A stretch of DNA of 64,000 nt from Escherichia coli O157:H7. GTDB lineage: Bacteria; Pseudomonadota; Gammaproteobacteria; Enterobacterales; Enterobacteriaceae. Below, piece by piece: positions 28,213 through 43,518 of this stretch. Under the pieces are notes generated by a model. The model was not told the origin of the DNA and did not search any database. It saw only the letters and a list, made by a program, of their open reading frames with translations. The stretch lies in the NCBI RefSeq assembly GCF_013167455.1, contig NZ_CP038328.1; one strand, given 5' to 3'. The position numbers and the translations under genes were made by a program. Numbering within the stretch: position 1 is the stretch's first letter; every line of letters begins with the position of its first letter.

Positions 28213-28671
28213 TTATTCGATGGGTAAAGAAGTGGTGTATTTAATCTGTTCCATCGCGAAGCTGGAAGTGACGTCCGACAGCCCCGGCACGCTGTTTACC
28301 AGACGCTTATAAAACTCGTCGTAGCGTTTCATGTCGGCAACCTGGACGCGCATCAGATAATCGTATTCACCAGCCATGCGCCAGAACCCCAGCACTTCTG
28401 GCATTTCGGTAACCACCGTGACAAAGCGGCAATACCATTCGCTGCTGTGATGTTGCGTTTTTATCAGCACAAAGGCGGTCAGGCCGAGGCCTATTTTTTC
28501 CGGATCCAGCAGGGCGACTTTGCCGATAAGGATACCGTCGTCCTCCAGCCGTTTCAGGCGCTTCCAGCAGGGGGTGGTTGTCAGATTAACGGCTTCAGCC
28601 AGTGCCTGCAAAGAGAGGGTGCAATCCTGCTGTAGTAAGGCCAGCAGCTTACGGTCAATTTTATCTAACAT
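28213..28671 (-). CDS. decR: Lrp/AsnC-family transcriptional regulator DecR (YbaO), 152 aa
   Basis: Internal start [48 protein letters not shown].. Confidence 0.9.
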
Positions 28672-28822
28672 AGCCCTTCCACGGAGAATTTTTTTCTCTT
28701 TTAATTCTATTTTAAAGGTGAAATCGCGACAATTTATTCTGTGCGGTTTAAACACCACGGCACAAAATGACAAATTCAACGCAAAAAAACCGGGCAATTG
28801 CCCGGTGCTGGAAGGGATCTCG

Positions 28823-29641
28823 TTATTCGGGGGAATAAGGTAGATGTGGATAGTCCAGCCAGTGCGTCAAATAGTGAGAGACAGCCTGATTTCGGCAATG
28901 TCCAATCACCGGTAAATGCGGGAGCTCCGCGCGCAGTTGCGGCATCGCATTGCCCATAATAAATCCGCTACCGACGCTGCCTAACATTTCGCGATCGTTC
29001 ATCGCATCACCAAAGGCCATGCAATCGCGCAACGATAAACCTAAATGTTGGGTCAGCACCGTCAGTGCAGCGCCTTTATTGCAGCCCACCGGCAGCACTT
29101 CAAGGCAATCCGTGGCGGAAAAACACAAATGTGCACGCTCGCCTAATGCTTCGTGTAGCTGGATCTGCAAACGTGTAAGATCGTCGTGATCGCCACAGAA
29201 GCAGATCTTGGTGACGCTGCCGAGTGGCATTTTTTTGACATCGATTATTTGATAACGAAAACCGCTATAGACAAATGCCTGCAACAACGCAGGGATCTCT
29301 TTCCCGGTAAACCAACCGTCGTCATTGAAAATATGCATGCTGGCTCGGGTATCCCATTGCTGATACAGCACCAGCTCCGCGACATCCGCAGGTAAATCAT
29401 CACGATGTAAAAGTTCACCTTCCAGAGAATGCACGCGCGTTCCGTTGCCGGTAATCAAATACGCATCCAGCGATATCGCCCCGAGAATATGCTGCATCTC
29501 CAGCGCATGACGCCCCGTGGCAAAAGTGAGGGTAATGTCGCGTTCACGCAGTCGCGCCAAAGTAGAGAGGGTTTTCTCACCTAAATGATGGTCAGGCATC
29601 AATAAAGTGCCATCCATATCAAATGCTGCCAGACGAGCCAT
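28823..29641 (-). CDS. cof: HAD-family phosphatase Cof (HMP-PP phosphatase), 272 aa
   Basis: Internal start [14 protein letters not shown].. (HAD DxDGT motif). Confidence 0.9.
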
Positions 29642-29740
29642 TTCTTTCTCCACTCTGTGACACGGTTAATGGTGATTGAGTATCACCTGATATATACGGA
29701 AGTAATAGTGAATAGTTAAATAATATTGTTCCGGGTTTTT

Positions 29741-31441
29741 ATGCGACTGCTCAACCGCCTTAACCAGTATCAACGTCTGTGGCAACCTTCCGCCGGAAAG
29801 CCGCAAACCGTCACCGTCAGCGAACTGGCCGAACGCTGTTTTTGCAGCGAACGCCATGTTCGTACGCTGTTGCGTCAGGCACAGGAAGCGGGATGGCTGG
29901 AGTGGCAGGCGCAGTCAGGACGCGGAAAGCGCGGACAATTACGCTTTCTGGTCACGCCAGAATCGCTACGCAATGCGATGATGGAAAAGGCACTGGAAAC
30001 CGGAAAGCAGCAAGATGTGCTGGAGCTGGCGCAACTGGCCCCAGGTGAGCTGCGCACTCTGTTACAGCCGTTTATGGGCGGACAATGGCAAAACGATACA
30101 CCCACGTTGCGTATTCCCTACTATCGCCCGCTCGAACCGCTACAACCGGGCTTTTTGCCCGGCCGTGCCGAGCAGCATCTCGCCGGACAGATATTTTCCG
30201 GCCTGACCCGCTTCGATAATAATACCCAGCGCCCGATTGGCGATTTAGCGCATCACTGGGAAACCTCTGCTGACGGGTTACGCTGGGACTTTTATCTTCG
30301 TTCAACCCTACACTGGCATAACGGCGATGCAGTAAAAGCCTCACACTTACACCAGCGATTATTGATGCTGTTACAACTGCCAGCACTGGATCAATTATTT
30401 ATTAGCGTGAAGCGTATTGAGGTCACCCATCCGCAGTGTCTGACCTTCTTTTTACATCGCCCCGATTACTGGCTTGCGCACCGGCTGGCGAGCTATTGCA
30501 GCCATCTGGCGCATCCGCAATTCCCACTGATTGGCACGGGTCCTTTTCGCTTAACACAATTCACAGCTGAACTGGTGCGCCTGGAAAGCCATGATTATTA
30601 CCATTTACGTCATCCGCTGCTTAAAGCGGTTGAGTACTGGATAACTCCGCCGCTTTTCGAAAAAGATTTGGGAACCAGTTGTCGGCATCCCGTGCAAATC
30701 ACCATCGGCAAACCGGAGGAGCTGCAACGGGTCAGCCAGGTCAGTAGTGGCATCAGTTTAGGTTTTTGCTATTTAACGTTGCGCAAAAGTCCCCGACTCT
30801 CCCTCTGGCAGGCGCGAAAAGTGATCTCCATTATTCATCAATCCGGTTTATTACAAACGTTAGAAGTCGGAGAAAACCTGATCACCGCCAGTCATGCATT
30901 ACTGCCAGGCTGGACTATTCCGCATTGGCAAGTACCGGATGAAGTCAAACTACCGAAAACCTTGACGCTGGTTTATCACCTCCCGATAGAACTTCATACC
31001 ATGGCAGAACGCCTACAGGCGACACTGGCAGCGGAAGGCTGTGAACTCACAATTATTTTTCATAACGCAAAAAACTGGGACGACACGACCCTACTGGCAC
31101 ACGCAGACCTCATGATGGGCGACAGATTAATTGGCGAAGCACCGGAATATACTCTGGAGCAATGGCTGCGCTGCGATCCGCTGTGGCCACATGTTTTCGA
31201 CGCTCCAGCATACGCACATCTACAATCGACACTGGACGCGGTGCAAGTAATGCCTGATGAGGAAAACCGATTTAATGCCCTGAAAGCGGTTTTTAGCCAG
31301 TTAATGACAGATGCGACGCTGACGCCGCTGTTCAACTATCACTATCGCATTAGTGCCCCTCCCGGCGTGAACGGTGTGCGACTGACACCGCGCGGCTGGT
31401 TTGAATTTACCGAAGCCTGGCTTCCCGCGCCGTCGCAATGA
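29741..31441 (+). CDS. ybaE: uncharacterized protein YbaE (SgrR C-terminal-like / solute-binding-like), 566 aa
   Basis: Internal start MRLLNRLNQYQRLWQPSAGKPQTVTVSELAERCFCSERHVRTLLRQAQEAGWLEWQ.. Confidence 0.85.
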   Translation: MRLLNRLNQYQRLWQPSAGKPQTVTVSELAERCFCSERHVRTLLRQAQEAGWLEWQAQSGRGKRGQLRFLVTPESLRNAMMEKALETGKQQDVLELAQLAPGELRTLLQPFMGGQWQNDTPTLRIPYYRPLEPLQPGFLPGRAEQHLAGQIFSGLTRFDNNTQRPIGDLAHHWETSADGLRWDFYLRSTLHWHNGDAVKASHLHQRLLMLLQLPALDQLFISVKRIEVTHPQCLTFFLHRPDYWLAHRLASYCSHLAHPQFPLIGTGPFRLTQFTAELVRLESHDYYHLRHPLLKAVEYWITPPLFEKDLGTSCRHPVQITIGKPEELQRVSQVSSGISLGFCYLTLRKSPRLSLWQARKVISIIHQSGLLQTLEVGENLITASHALLPGWTIPHWQVPDEVKLPKTLTLVYHLPIELHTMAERLQATLAAEGCELTIIFHNAKNWDDTTLLAHADLMMGDRLIGEAPEYTLEQWLRCDPLWPHVFDAPAYAHLQSTLDAVQVMPDEENRFNALKAVFSQLMTDATLTPLFNYHYRISAPPGVNGVRLTPRGWFEFTEAWLPAPSQ

Positions 31442-31505
31442 ATAGCTGGTCCGGGTTAATCGCAGGCGTTACCATAACGCTTTTATTGTTCAAGCAGGAT
31501 TATCT

Positions 31506-32201
31506 ATGAAACGTGCTGTCGTTGTGTTCAGTGGAGGCCAGGATTCCACCACCTGTCTGGTGCAGGCATTACAACAATATGATGAAGTCCATTGCGTGAC
31601 GTTCGATTACGGTCAGCGCCATCGCGCAGAAATCGACGTGGCACGCGAACTGGCGCTGAAACTGGGGGCACGCGCGCATAAGGTTCTTGATGTAACGCTG
31701 CTCAACGAGCTGGCGGTCAGCAGCCTGACGCGTGACAGCATTCCGGTGCCTGATTATGAACCTGAAGCCGATGGCATCCCGAATACGTTTGTCCCAGGGC
31801 GTAATATTTTGTTCCTGACGCTGGCGGCAATATATGCGTATCAGGTAAAAGCAGAAGCCGTAATTACCGGCGTCTGCGAAACGGATTTCTCCGGCTACCC
31901 GGATTGCCGCGATGAGTTTGTGAAAGTACTAAACCATGCCGTCAGTTTGGGCATGGCGAAAGATATTCGTTTTGAAACGCCGCTGATGTGGATTGATAAA
32001 GCGGAAACCTGGGCGCTGGCAGATTATTACGGCAAACTGGATTTAGTCCGTAACGAAACGTTGACCTGCTATAACGGCATTAAAGGCGACGGTTGCGGTC
32101 ATTGTGCGGCATGTAATTTACGCGCCAACGGTTTGAATCATTATCTGGCCGATAAACCGACGGTGATGGCAGCGATGAAGCAGAAAACCGGGTTGAAGTA
32201 A
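31506..32201 (+). CDS. queC: 7-cyano-7-deazaguanine synthase QueC, 231 aa
   Basis: [18 protein letters not shown] (PP-loop SGGxDS); C-terminal Cys cluster CGHCAAC. Confidence 0.95.
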   Translation: MKRAVVVFSGGQDSTTCLVQALQQYDEVHCVTFDYGQRHRAEIDVARELALKLGARAHKVLDVTLLNELAVSSLTRDSIPVPDYEPEADGIPNTFVPGRNILFLTLAAIYAYQVKAEAVITGVCETDFSGYPDCRDEFVKVLNHAVSLGMAKDIRFETPLMWIDKAETWALADYYGKLDLVRNETLTCYNGIKGDGCGHCAACNLRANGLNHYLADKPTVMAAMKQKTGLK

Positions 32202-32215
32202 TTATTCCGGGTGTC

Positions 32216-32240
32216 GCCGGATGCGGCTTGAGCATCCGGC
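32216..32240. repeat. REP-like palindrome / bidirectional terminator hairpin GCCGGATGC-GGCTTGA-GCATCCGGC between convergent queC and fadM
   Basis: Perfect 9-bp inverted repeat read directly from the sequence. Confidence 0.6.
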
Positions 32241-32252
32241 ACCACAAAACGT

Positions 32253-32651
32253 TTACTTAACCATCTGCTCCAGCTTTTCGCGCAATTCCCCTTCCAGAGC
32301 TAATGCTTTCTGCGTTTTAAGATCAATACAAACAAACGTAATAAGCGCATCCGCTACCACCTGCCCTTCCGGCTCCAGTGTAATGACCTGGCTTAAGATG
32401 CCGCTTTTACCGTTTAATTGCTGTAACTGGCTCGTAATGGTTAACAAGTCGCTTAATACCGCCGGACGACGATAGTTAATATTGATATTCACCACCACGA
32501 AAGCGATGTTATGGGCCGTCATCCAGTGAAAACTGTCGCTATTTTCCAACCCATCCCAGCGGGCTTCTTCGAGAAATTCAAGGTAGCGGGCGTTGTTTAC
32601 GTGCTGGTAAACGTCGAGATGATATCCACGAACTTTGATTTGTGTTTGCAT
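32253..32651 (-). CDS. fadM: long-chain acyl-CoA thioesterase III FadM (YbaW), 132 aa
   Basis: MQTQIKVRGYHLDVYQHVNNARYLEFLEEARWDGLEN.. (hotdog fold). Confidence 0.92.
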   Translation of the reverse strand: MQTQIKVRGYHLDVYQHVNNARYLEFLEEARWDGLENSDSFHWMTAHNIAFVVVNININYRRPAVLSDLLTITSQLQQLNGKSGILSQVITLEPEGQVVADALITFVCIDLKTQKALALEGELREKLEQMVK

Positions 32652-32704
32652 AGCGCAATAACCTTACGTTGTTTTTATAAAAACTGTTATAAGTACAGAG
32701 GTCA

Positions 32705-35150
<2,446 letters not shown>

Positions 35151-35341
35151 GGTGTAACAACACTCCGCTGTAGATGACTGTGTACCTCACGCAACGTATC
35201 GATGCGCGCAAAGGCCTATTGTGACAAGAAACGGGGGCAATTGTCAGCCCACAAGACGCAGAAAGTCACCGAATACAAATAAAAAAGGCACATCAGTAGA
35301 TGCGCCCTTGAACTTCGTCACATCCCCACTGGGGACAACGC

Positions 35342-35614
35342 TTAGTTTACCGCGTCTTTCAGTGCTTTACCTGCACGGAAGCTCGGTACTTTAGCGGCAG
35401 CGATGGTGATCTCTTTACCGGTCTGCGGGTTGCGGCCAGTACGGGCAGCACGCTCTTTAACGGCAAAAGTACCAAAACCTACCAGTGCTACATCATCCCC
35501 TTCTTTCAGAGATTCAGTTACGGAAGCAATAATAGCATCTAACGCACGGCCAGCCGCAGCTTTAGAGATATCAGCCCCTGCAGCAATCTTGTCGATCAAT
35601 TGAGATTTATTCAC
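35342..35614 (-). CDS. hupB: DNA-binding protein HU-beta, 90 aa
   Basis: [90 protein letters not shown]. Confidence 0.97.
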
Positions 35615-35760
35615 TCTTCTCTTCCTCTTTATAATTTATATCGCACTTGAATCCTTCAAGGTACGAACGCGCAGCAGTTATATCAGGCCAGCCATCCCCT
35701 TACAACACCCCTTAATAAGGGCAAGCCCGATCCGCCATCTAACTTAGCGAGACAAAAAAA

Positions 35761-35790
35761 GGCTGGCAAGCCCGAATTAGCCTGCCAGCC
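35761..35790. terminator. hairpin GGCTGGCA..TGCCAGCC flanked by A-run and T-run; bidirectional terminator at the lon 3' end
   Basis: Inverted repeat with AAAAAAA upstream and CTGTTTTT downstream on the plus strand, about 30 nt after the lon stop. Confidence 0.7.
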
Positions 35791-35822
35791 CTGTTTTTAT
35801 TAGTGCATTTTGCGCGAGGTCA

Positions 35823-38177
35823 CTATTTTGCAGTCACAACCTGCATGCCAGACGGTTCATTTTGCAGCGCCAGAGTCAGAACTTCCTCAATGCGCTTCAC
35901 AGGATGAATGTCCAGATCGGCAATTACGTTGTCAGGAATCTCTTCCAGATCGCGTTTATTTTCGAACGGAATTAACACTGTTTTAATCCCGCCGCGATGC
36001 GCTGCCAGTAGTTTTTCTTTCAAACCACCGATCGGCAGTACCTGACCACGCAGAGTGATCTCACCGGTCATTGCCACATCGGCACGAACCGGGTTACCGG
36101 TCAGGCAAGAAACCAGCGCGGTGCACATAGCAATACCGGCACTCGGACCATCTTTCGGCGTCGCACCTTCCGGTACGTGGACGTGGATGTCACGTTTTTC
36201 GTAAAAATCAGGGTTGATCCCCAGTTTTTCCGCACGCGCGCGAACCACCGTTAACGCAGCCTGAATAGACTCCTGCATCACTTCGCCGAGCGAACCGGTA
36301 TAGGTCAGTTTGCCTTTACCCGGAACACATGCGGTTTCAATGGTCAGCAAGTCACCGCCCACTTCCGTCCACGCCAGACCGGTTACCTGACCGACACGGT
36401 TTTCGTTATCAGCGCGACCATAGTCGAAACGCTGAACACCAAGGTAGTCATGCAGGTTGTCGCCGTTAATTTCGATATGTTTTAATGACTTATCGAGCAG
36501 TAACTGCTTAACCGCTTTACGGCACAGCTTGGAGATTTCACGCTCCAGACCACGCACGCCCGCCTCACGGGTGTAGTAACGAATAATGCCGATAATGGCG
36601 CTATCGTCGACGGTCAGCTCACCTTTTTTCAGTGCATTACGTTCAATCTGCTTCGGCAGCAGGTGACGTTTGGCGATGTTCAGTTTTTCATCTTCGGTAT
36701 AACCGGAGAGGCGAATCACTTCCATACGATCCAGCAGTGGTGCCGGAATGTTCATGGAGTTCGACGTCGCGACAAACATCACGTCGCTGAGATCGTAATC
36801 CACTTCCAGGTAGTGATCGCTGAAGGCCACGTTCTGCTCTGGATCCAGCACTTCAAGCAGTGCGGAAGCCGGATCGCCACGCATGTCAGAAGACATTTTG
36901 TCGATCTCATCGAGCAGGAACAGCGGGTTTTTAACGCCCACTTTCGCCATTTTCTGGATCAATTTACCCGGCATAGAACCGATGTAAGTACGGCGGTGAC
37001 CACGGATTTCCGCTTCATCACGCACGCCGCCCAGCGCCATACGGACATATTTACGCCCGGTGGCTTTGGCAATGGACTGACCCAGGGAGGTTTTACCTAC
37101 CCCCGGCGGCCCTACCAGGCAAAGGATCGGTCCCTTGATTTTGTTGACACGGCTTTGAACCGCAAGATACTCAAGGATGCGATCTTTCACGCGCTCCAGA
37201 CCATAATGGTCGGTATTAAGGATTTCCTGCGCCTGACGCAGGTCTTTTTTGACCTTGCTGCGCGCATTCCACGGTACCTGTACCATCCAGTCGATATAAC
37301 CACGCACTACGGTCGCTTCTGCCGACATCGGAGACATCATTTTCAGCTTCTGCAACTCTGCTTCCGCTTTCTCTTTTGCCTCTTTCGGCATCTTCGCCGC
37401 GTCGATTTTGCGCTTCAGGGCTTCGTTTTCGTCCGGCGCGTCGTCCATCTCACCGAGTTCTTTCTGAATAGCTTTCATTTGCTCGTTCAGATAGTACTCA
37501 CGCTGGGATTTCTCCATCTGCTTTTTAACGCGGTTGCGAATGCGTTTCTCAACCTGCAGCAGATCGATTTCCGATTCCATCATTGCCATCAGATATTCCA
37601 GACGTTCGTTAACGTCGGACATCTCCAGAACGGACTGTTTGTCAGCCAGTTTCAGCGGCATATGTGCAGCAATGGTATCCGCCAGACGCGCCGGATCGTC
37701 GATGCTATTCAACGACGTCAGCACTTCTGGTGGGATTTTTTTGTTCAGCTTGATGTAGCCTTCGAACTGGCTGATTGCAGTACGCACCAGCACTTCCTGT
37801 TCTCGCTCATCAATGGTCGGCGACTCCAGATACTCCGCCTTCGCAGAAAAGTGTTCGCCATTGTCAGAGAGCGCAGAAATACGCGCGCGCTGTAACCCCT
37901 CGACCAGCACTTTGACGGTGCCGTCAGGCAGTTTCAGCATCTGCAATATAGAGGCCACGGTCCCGACGGTGAAAAGATCGTTTACACCCGGCTCATCCGT
38001 TGAAGCTTCTTTCTGCGCGACCAGCATAATTTTTTTATCATGGTCCATCGCCGCTTCCAGACAACGGATAGATTTTTCCCGCCCGACAAATAAGGGGATG
38101 ACCATGTGCGGATAAACCACCACATCGCGCAGCGGCAATACGGGGATTTCAATGCGTTCAGAACGCTCAGGATTCAT
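35823..38177 (-). CDS. lon: ATP-dependent Lon protease, 784 aa
   Basis: Internal start [44 protein letters not shown]..; Walker [10 protein letters not shown]; catalytic Ser in PKDGPSAG. Confidence 0.97.
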   Translation of the reverse strand: MNPERSERIEIPVLPLRDVVVYPHMVIPLFVGREKSIRCLEAAMDHDKKIMLVAQKEASTDEPGVNDLFTVGTVASILQMLKLPDGTVKVLVEGLQRARISALSDNGEHFSAKAEYLESPTIDEREQEVLVRTAISQFEGYIKLNKKIPPEVLTSLNSIDDPARLADTIAAHMPLKLADKQSVLEMSDVNERLEYLMAMMESEIDLLQVEKRIRNRVKKQMEKSQREYYLNEQMKAIQKELGEMDDAPDENEALKRKIDAAKMPKEAKEKAEAELQKLKMMSPMSAEATVVRGYIDWMVQVPWNARSKVKKDLRQAQEILNTDHYGLERVKDRILEYLAVQSRVNKIKGPILCLVGPPGVGKTSLGQSIAKATGRKYVRMALGGVRDEAEIRGHRRTYIGSMPGKLIQKMAKVGVKNPLFLLDEIDKMSSDMRGDPASALLEVLDPEQNVAFSDHYLEVDYDLSDVMFVATSNSMNIPAPLLDRMEVIRLSGYTEDEKLNIAKRHLLPKQIERNALKKGELTVDDSAIIGIIRYYTREAGVRGLEREISKLCRKAVKQLLLDKSLKHIEINGDNLHDYLGVQRFDYGRADNENRVGQVTGLAWTEVGGDLLTIETACVPGKGKLTYTGSLGEVMQESIQAALTVVRARAEKLGINPDFYEKRDIHVHVPEGATPKDGPSAGIAMCTALVSCLTGNPVRADVAMTGEITLRGQVLPIGGLKEKLLAAHRGGIKTVLIPFENKRDLEEIPDNVIADLDIHPVKRIEEVLTLALQNEPSGMQVVTAK

Positions 38178-38260
38178 AGAGCTCTCTCTTAGTTTAATTT
38201 CCGCCAGGTAATCAGATGACACGACTGTGCTTCACGCCATCTATTAACATGTACGTCAGT

Positions 38261-38289
38261 ATATGGGGATGTTTCCCCCACATTCAACG
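38261..38289 (-). promoter_or_regulatory. sigma32-type promoter upstream of lon (-35 TTGAATG, -10 CCCCATAT on minus strand)
   Basis: Minus-strand GTTGAATGTGGGGGAAACATCCCCATAT about 85-110 nt upstream of the lon start; clpX terminator hairpin GGGGAG..TCCCCC nearby at about 38312-38331. Confidence 0.6.
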
Positions 38290-38364
38290 CCGAGAATAGA
38301 GGAAAAATTAAAGGGGAGATAAAATCCCCCCTTTTTGGTTAACTAATTGTATGGGAATGGTTAA

Positions 38365-39639
38365 TTATTCACCAGATGCCTGTTGCGCTTCCGGCTTGCC
38401 ATAAATCAGCAACGGTTTGCTTTGACCATCAATTACCGACTCGTCGATAACCACTTTTTCGACATCTTCCATGGACGGCAGATCGTACATGGTATCGAGC
38501 AGTGCGGCTTCTACGATGGAACGCAGGCCACGGGCACCGGTTTTACGCGCCATCGCTTTCTTAGCGATAGCATCCAGCGCCTCGTCACGGAATTCCAGAT
38601 CCACGCCTTCCAGATTAAACAGCGCCTGATACTGCTTGGTCAGGGCGTTTTTCGGCTCTTTGAGGATCTGAATCAGAGCTTCTTCGCTCAGTTCATTCAA
38701 CGTTGCGACAACCGGCAGACGACCAATAAACTCAGGGATAAGACCAAACTTGATCAGATCTTCCGGTTCAACCTGCGCCAGCAGCTCGCCTTCGCTTGCT
38801 TTGTCGGACTTCGCTTTTACCGTCGCGCCAAAACCAATGCCGGAGCCGGTTTCTACACGATGGGAAATCACTTTATCCAGACCGGCAAACGCACCGCCAC
38901 AAATAAACAGGATCTTAGAGGTATCAACCTGCAAGAATTCCTGCTGCGGATGTTTACGTCCACCTTGCGGTGGAACAGCAGCTACCGTACCTTCGATCAG
39001 TTTCAACAGTGCCTGCTGTACGCCTTCACCGGAAACGTCACGGGTAATAGACGGGTTGTCTGACTTACGAGAAATCTTGTCGATTTCATCGATGTAGACA
39101 ATCCCGCGCTGCGCTTTCTGTACGTCGTAATCGCACTTTTGCAACAGCTTCTGAATGATGTTTTCAACGTCTTCGCCCACATAACCGGCTTCGGTCAGCG
39201 TGGTTGCGTCGGCCATGGTGAACGGGACGTCCAGCAGGCGCGCCAGCGTTTCAGCCAGCAGCGTTTTACCGGAACCGGTCGGACCGATCAGCAGAATGTT
39301 ACTTTTGCCCAACTCGACGCCATTGCTGGTATCGCCGTTGCGCAGACGTTTGTAGTGGTTGTATACCGCGACCGCCAGCACTTTTTTCGCCTGTTCCTGG
39401 CCGATAACGTAATCGTCCAGGTGGTTACGAATTTCATGCGGCGTCGGTAGCGCACTGCGTTCACGATGCGGTGCAACTTCTTTAATCTCTTCGCGAATGA
39501 TGTCGTTACATAAATCAACACATTCGTCGCAGATATACACGGATGGACCGGCAATCAGCTTGCGCACTTCATGCTGGCTTTTGCCGCAAAAAGAGCAATA
39601 CAGCAATTTGCCTGAGCCATCTTTGCGTTTATCTGTCAT
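38365..39639 (-). CDS. clpX: ATP-dependent Clp protease ATP-binding subunit ClpX, 424 aa
   Basis: [41 protein letters not shown] (zinc-binding domain); Walker A GPTGSGKT. Confidence 0.97.
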
Positions 39640-39764
39640 GGGTCAAAACCTCTTCTTTGTTCTTTGTGCCGCACACGACGACGCAAATGCCATTCTCAGG
39701 CGCAAGCCGCTTACAGCGTTGTGCCGCCCTGGATAAGTATAGCGGCACAGTTGCGCCTCTGGCA

Positions 39765-40388
39765 TCAATTACGATGGGTCAGAATCGAATCGACCAGACC
39801 GTATTCCACCGCTTCAGGGGCGGAAAGGAAGCGATCGCGCTCGGTATCACGTTCAATCTGTTCTAATGATTGACCCGTATGAAGCGCCATAAGTTCATTC
39901 ATACGCCCTTTAACTTTCAGAATTTCACGGGCATGAATTTCGATATCGGTCGCCTGGCCCTGGTAGCCGCCCAACGGTTGGTGAATCATCACGCGCGAAT
40001 TCGGCAGGCAAAAACGTTTACCTTTTGCCCCTGCGGTCAGCAAGAAAGCGCCCATCGAGGCCGCCTGGCCCATACAGATGGTGCTGACATCAGGCTTGAT
40101 AAACTGCATGGTGTCATAGATAGACATCCCGGCAGTGATCACCCCGCCTGGGGAGTTAATGTACAGATAGATATCTTTTTCTGGGTTTTCTGCTTCCAGG
40201 AACAGCATCTGAGCCACAATCAGGTTAGCCATATGGTCTTCAACCTGGCCAGTCAGAAAAATGACGCGTTCCTTAAGTAGACGAGAATAGATATCAAAAG
40301 AGCGCTCACCACGTGAGGTCTGTTCAATGACCATCGGCACCAGCGCCATATGGGGTGCAAAGTTATCTCGTTCGCCGCTGTATGACAT
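39765..40388 (-). CDS. clpP: ATP-dependent Clp protease proteolytic subunit ClpP, 207 aa
   Basis: [45 protein letters not shown].. Confidence 0.97.
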   Translation of the reverse strand: MSYSGERDNFAPHMALVPMVIEQTSRGERSFDIYSRLLKERVIFLTGQVEDHMANLIVAQMLFLEAENPEKDIYLYINSPGGVITAGMSIYDTMQFIKPDVSTICMGQAASMGAFLLTAGAKGKRFCLPNSRVMIHQPLGGYQGQATDIEIHAREILKVKGRMNELMALHTGQSLEQIERDTERDRFLSAPEAVEYGLVDSILTHRN

Positions 40389-40632
40389 TTCCGTCTCCTG
40401 GATAAAATTGAAAAAACCTGCTGTACCGATTGTAACCTTATGGACGGATTATCAGCTAGTCCCTGTGTTATGGGTACGGCATCACCATATTTCAAGCATA
40501 ACAATCTTTTGTTGTTACGCTAACACCGAAAGAGGCTTTTCGCACGGTTCCATGCAAAATTCATGACAAAAAAAGCCCACCACCTGGCGGTGACGGGCCT
40601 TTGTGCGAATTTAGCGCGTTATGCTGCGTAAA

Positions 40633-41940
<1,308 letters not shown>

Positions 41941-42202
41941 TCAAAAAATCACAGTGCTCGGTCAACTCTTACCCCGCAAGCACAGGTTGTTGGCTTCGCG
42001 GAACCGGGATGTTCTTATAATCAATCACATTCCCTGTTACCAGAATCATCCCGAAAGCATTCAAATAGGACGCGGCATTATAGCGGCATCACTTTTATGA
42101 GTCGAGAACGGTTATTGCGCGCTGTCGCGTATTTTTTCACAATTCCCGGGCAATTTTCGTCTGAATGCTGGGCAAAAAGCGCAAAATCCAGACAAAACAA
42201 AA

Positions 42203-42217
42203 CGGCCCGCAGGCCGT
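42203..42217. terminator. hairpin CGGCCCGCAGGCCG with T-runs on both strands; likely bolA terminator (bidirectional)
   Basis: AAAACGGCCCGCAGGCCGTTTTT read directly about 60 nt after the bolA stop. Confidence 0.6.
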
Positions 42218-42274
42218 TTTTCATAAAATCTTTAGCAACATACTGGAAAAGCGCCGACAGTTGCAAATGCGTTT

Positions 42275-42592
42275 TTACGCGATGCTTCCTGCTCCACGAC
42301 AGGGAGGAGAGGCAAAGACGGTGTCCTGCAACCCTTCCCACTCCTTAATAGTGTAAGTATGCAGAGCCAGCGCATGAACGGTAGTAGAGAGTTCCTCCGC
42401 TAAAGTACTGTAAATCATTCGATGACGATTCAGAAAACGTTCACCCGTAAAACGATCGCTGACCAGCACAACTTTAAAATGGCTTTCAGAGCCGGCTGGG
42501 ACATTGTGACGATAGCTTTCATCCACTACTTCGAGGAATACGGGTTGGAACGCCGCCCTTAATTTTTCTTCTATCCGCTCACGTATCATCAT
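42275..42592 (-). CDS. bolA: stress/morphogene transcriptional regulator BolA, 105 aa
   Basis: Internal start [48 protein letters not shown].. Confidence 0.93.
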
Positions 42593-42896
42593 GAAATATC
42601 TCCTCCGACAACGCTGAGATGTCATCCATCCCTTTAAATACTAGCCGCTTTTACCGTTTCCATTGCAGCTTAACAACAAATATTTAGGTTTCGTCCTGGT
42701 TTTTCCGTCAAGCGTATGAAGTTTACTGATTTAAAGATTGAAACACAGGCCTCGCATCAGCGTTTCTTTTACCAGGGGCGATTATTTCGTCAACATGATG
42801 AATTTACATGCCTTACCTACTTCCCCTCGCCGTTGGCAATGTTATGATGGCGGGAATTTTTACCAAACACGCTTAAGAGTCTCTGAGAGCCCGAAC

Positions 42897-43475
42897 ATGT
42901 TCAAAAAAATCCTCTTCCCGTTAGTTGCTCTGTTTATGCTTGCAGGATGCGCAAGACCGCCAACAACTATTGAAGTTTCCCCGACGATTACACTGCCACA
43001 GCAGGATCCAAGCCTGATGGGCGTCACCGTAAGCATTAATGGTGCCGATCAGCGTACCGATCAGGCGCTGGCAAAAGTCACCCGCGATAATCAAATCGTT
43101 ACCCTGACCGCCTCCCGCGATCTGCGTTTCCTGCTGCAAGAAGTGCTGGAAAAACAGATGACCGCGCGTGGTTACATGGTTGGTCCGAATGGCCCGGTTA
43201 ATCTGCAAATCATCGTTAGCCAGCTGTATGCTGACGTGTCCCAGGGCAACGTGCGCTACAACATCGCTACCAAAGCGGATATCGCCATCATCGCTACCGC
43301 GCAGAATGGCAACAAAATGACCAAAAACTATCGTGCCAGCTACAACGTTGAAGGTGCGTTCCAGGCCTCCAACAAAAATATCGCCGATGCGGTTAACAGT
43401 GTGCTGACCGATACCATCGCTGATATGTCTCAGGACACCAGCATTCACGAATTCATCAAGCAGAACGCGCGTTAA
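42897..43475 (+). CDS. yajG: lipoprotein YajG, 192 aa
   Basis: Internal start MFKKILFPLVALFMLAGCARPP (lipobox) within the 245-aa ORF. Confidence 0.88.
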   Translation: MFKKILFPLVALFMLAGCARPPTTIEVSPTITLPQQDPSLMGVTVSINGADQRTDQALAKVTRDNQIVTLTASRDLRFLLQEVLEKQMTARGYMVGPNGPVNLQIIVSQLYADVSQGNVRYNIATKADIAIIATAQNGNKMTKNYRASYNVEGAFQASNKNIADAVNSVLTDTIADMSQDTSIHEFIKQNAR

Positions 43476-43518
43476 TTTCTGCCCTCTGGCCCGGTGCAAG
43501 CCGGGCCTGTAGACGCCC

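Noticed and set aside
36663-37895. 410-aa ORF on the plus strand
   Set aside because: Antisense shadow of lon; the same applies to the other long antisense ORFs over clpX, tig, ppiD, cyoB, dxs, thiI, mscK, acrB and mdlA/B
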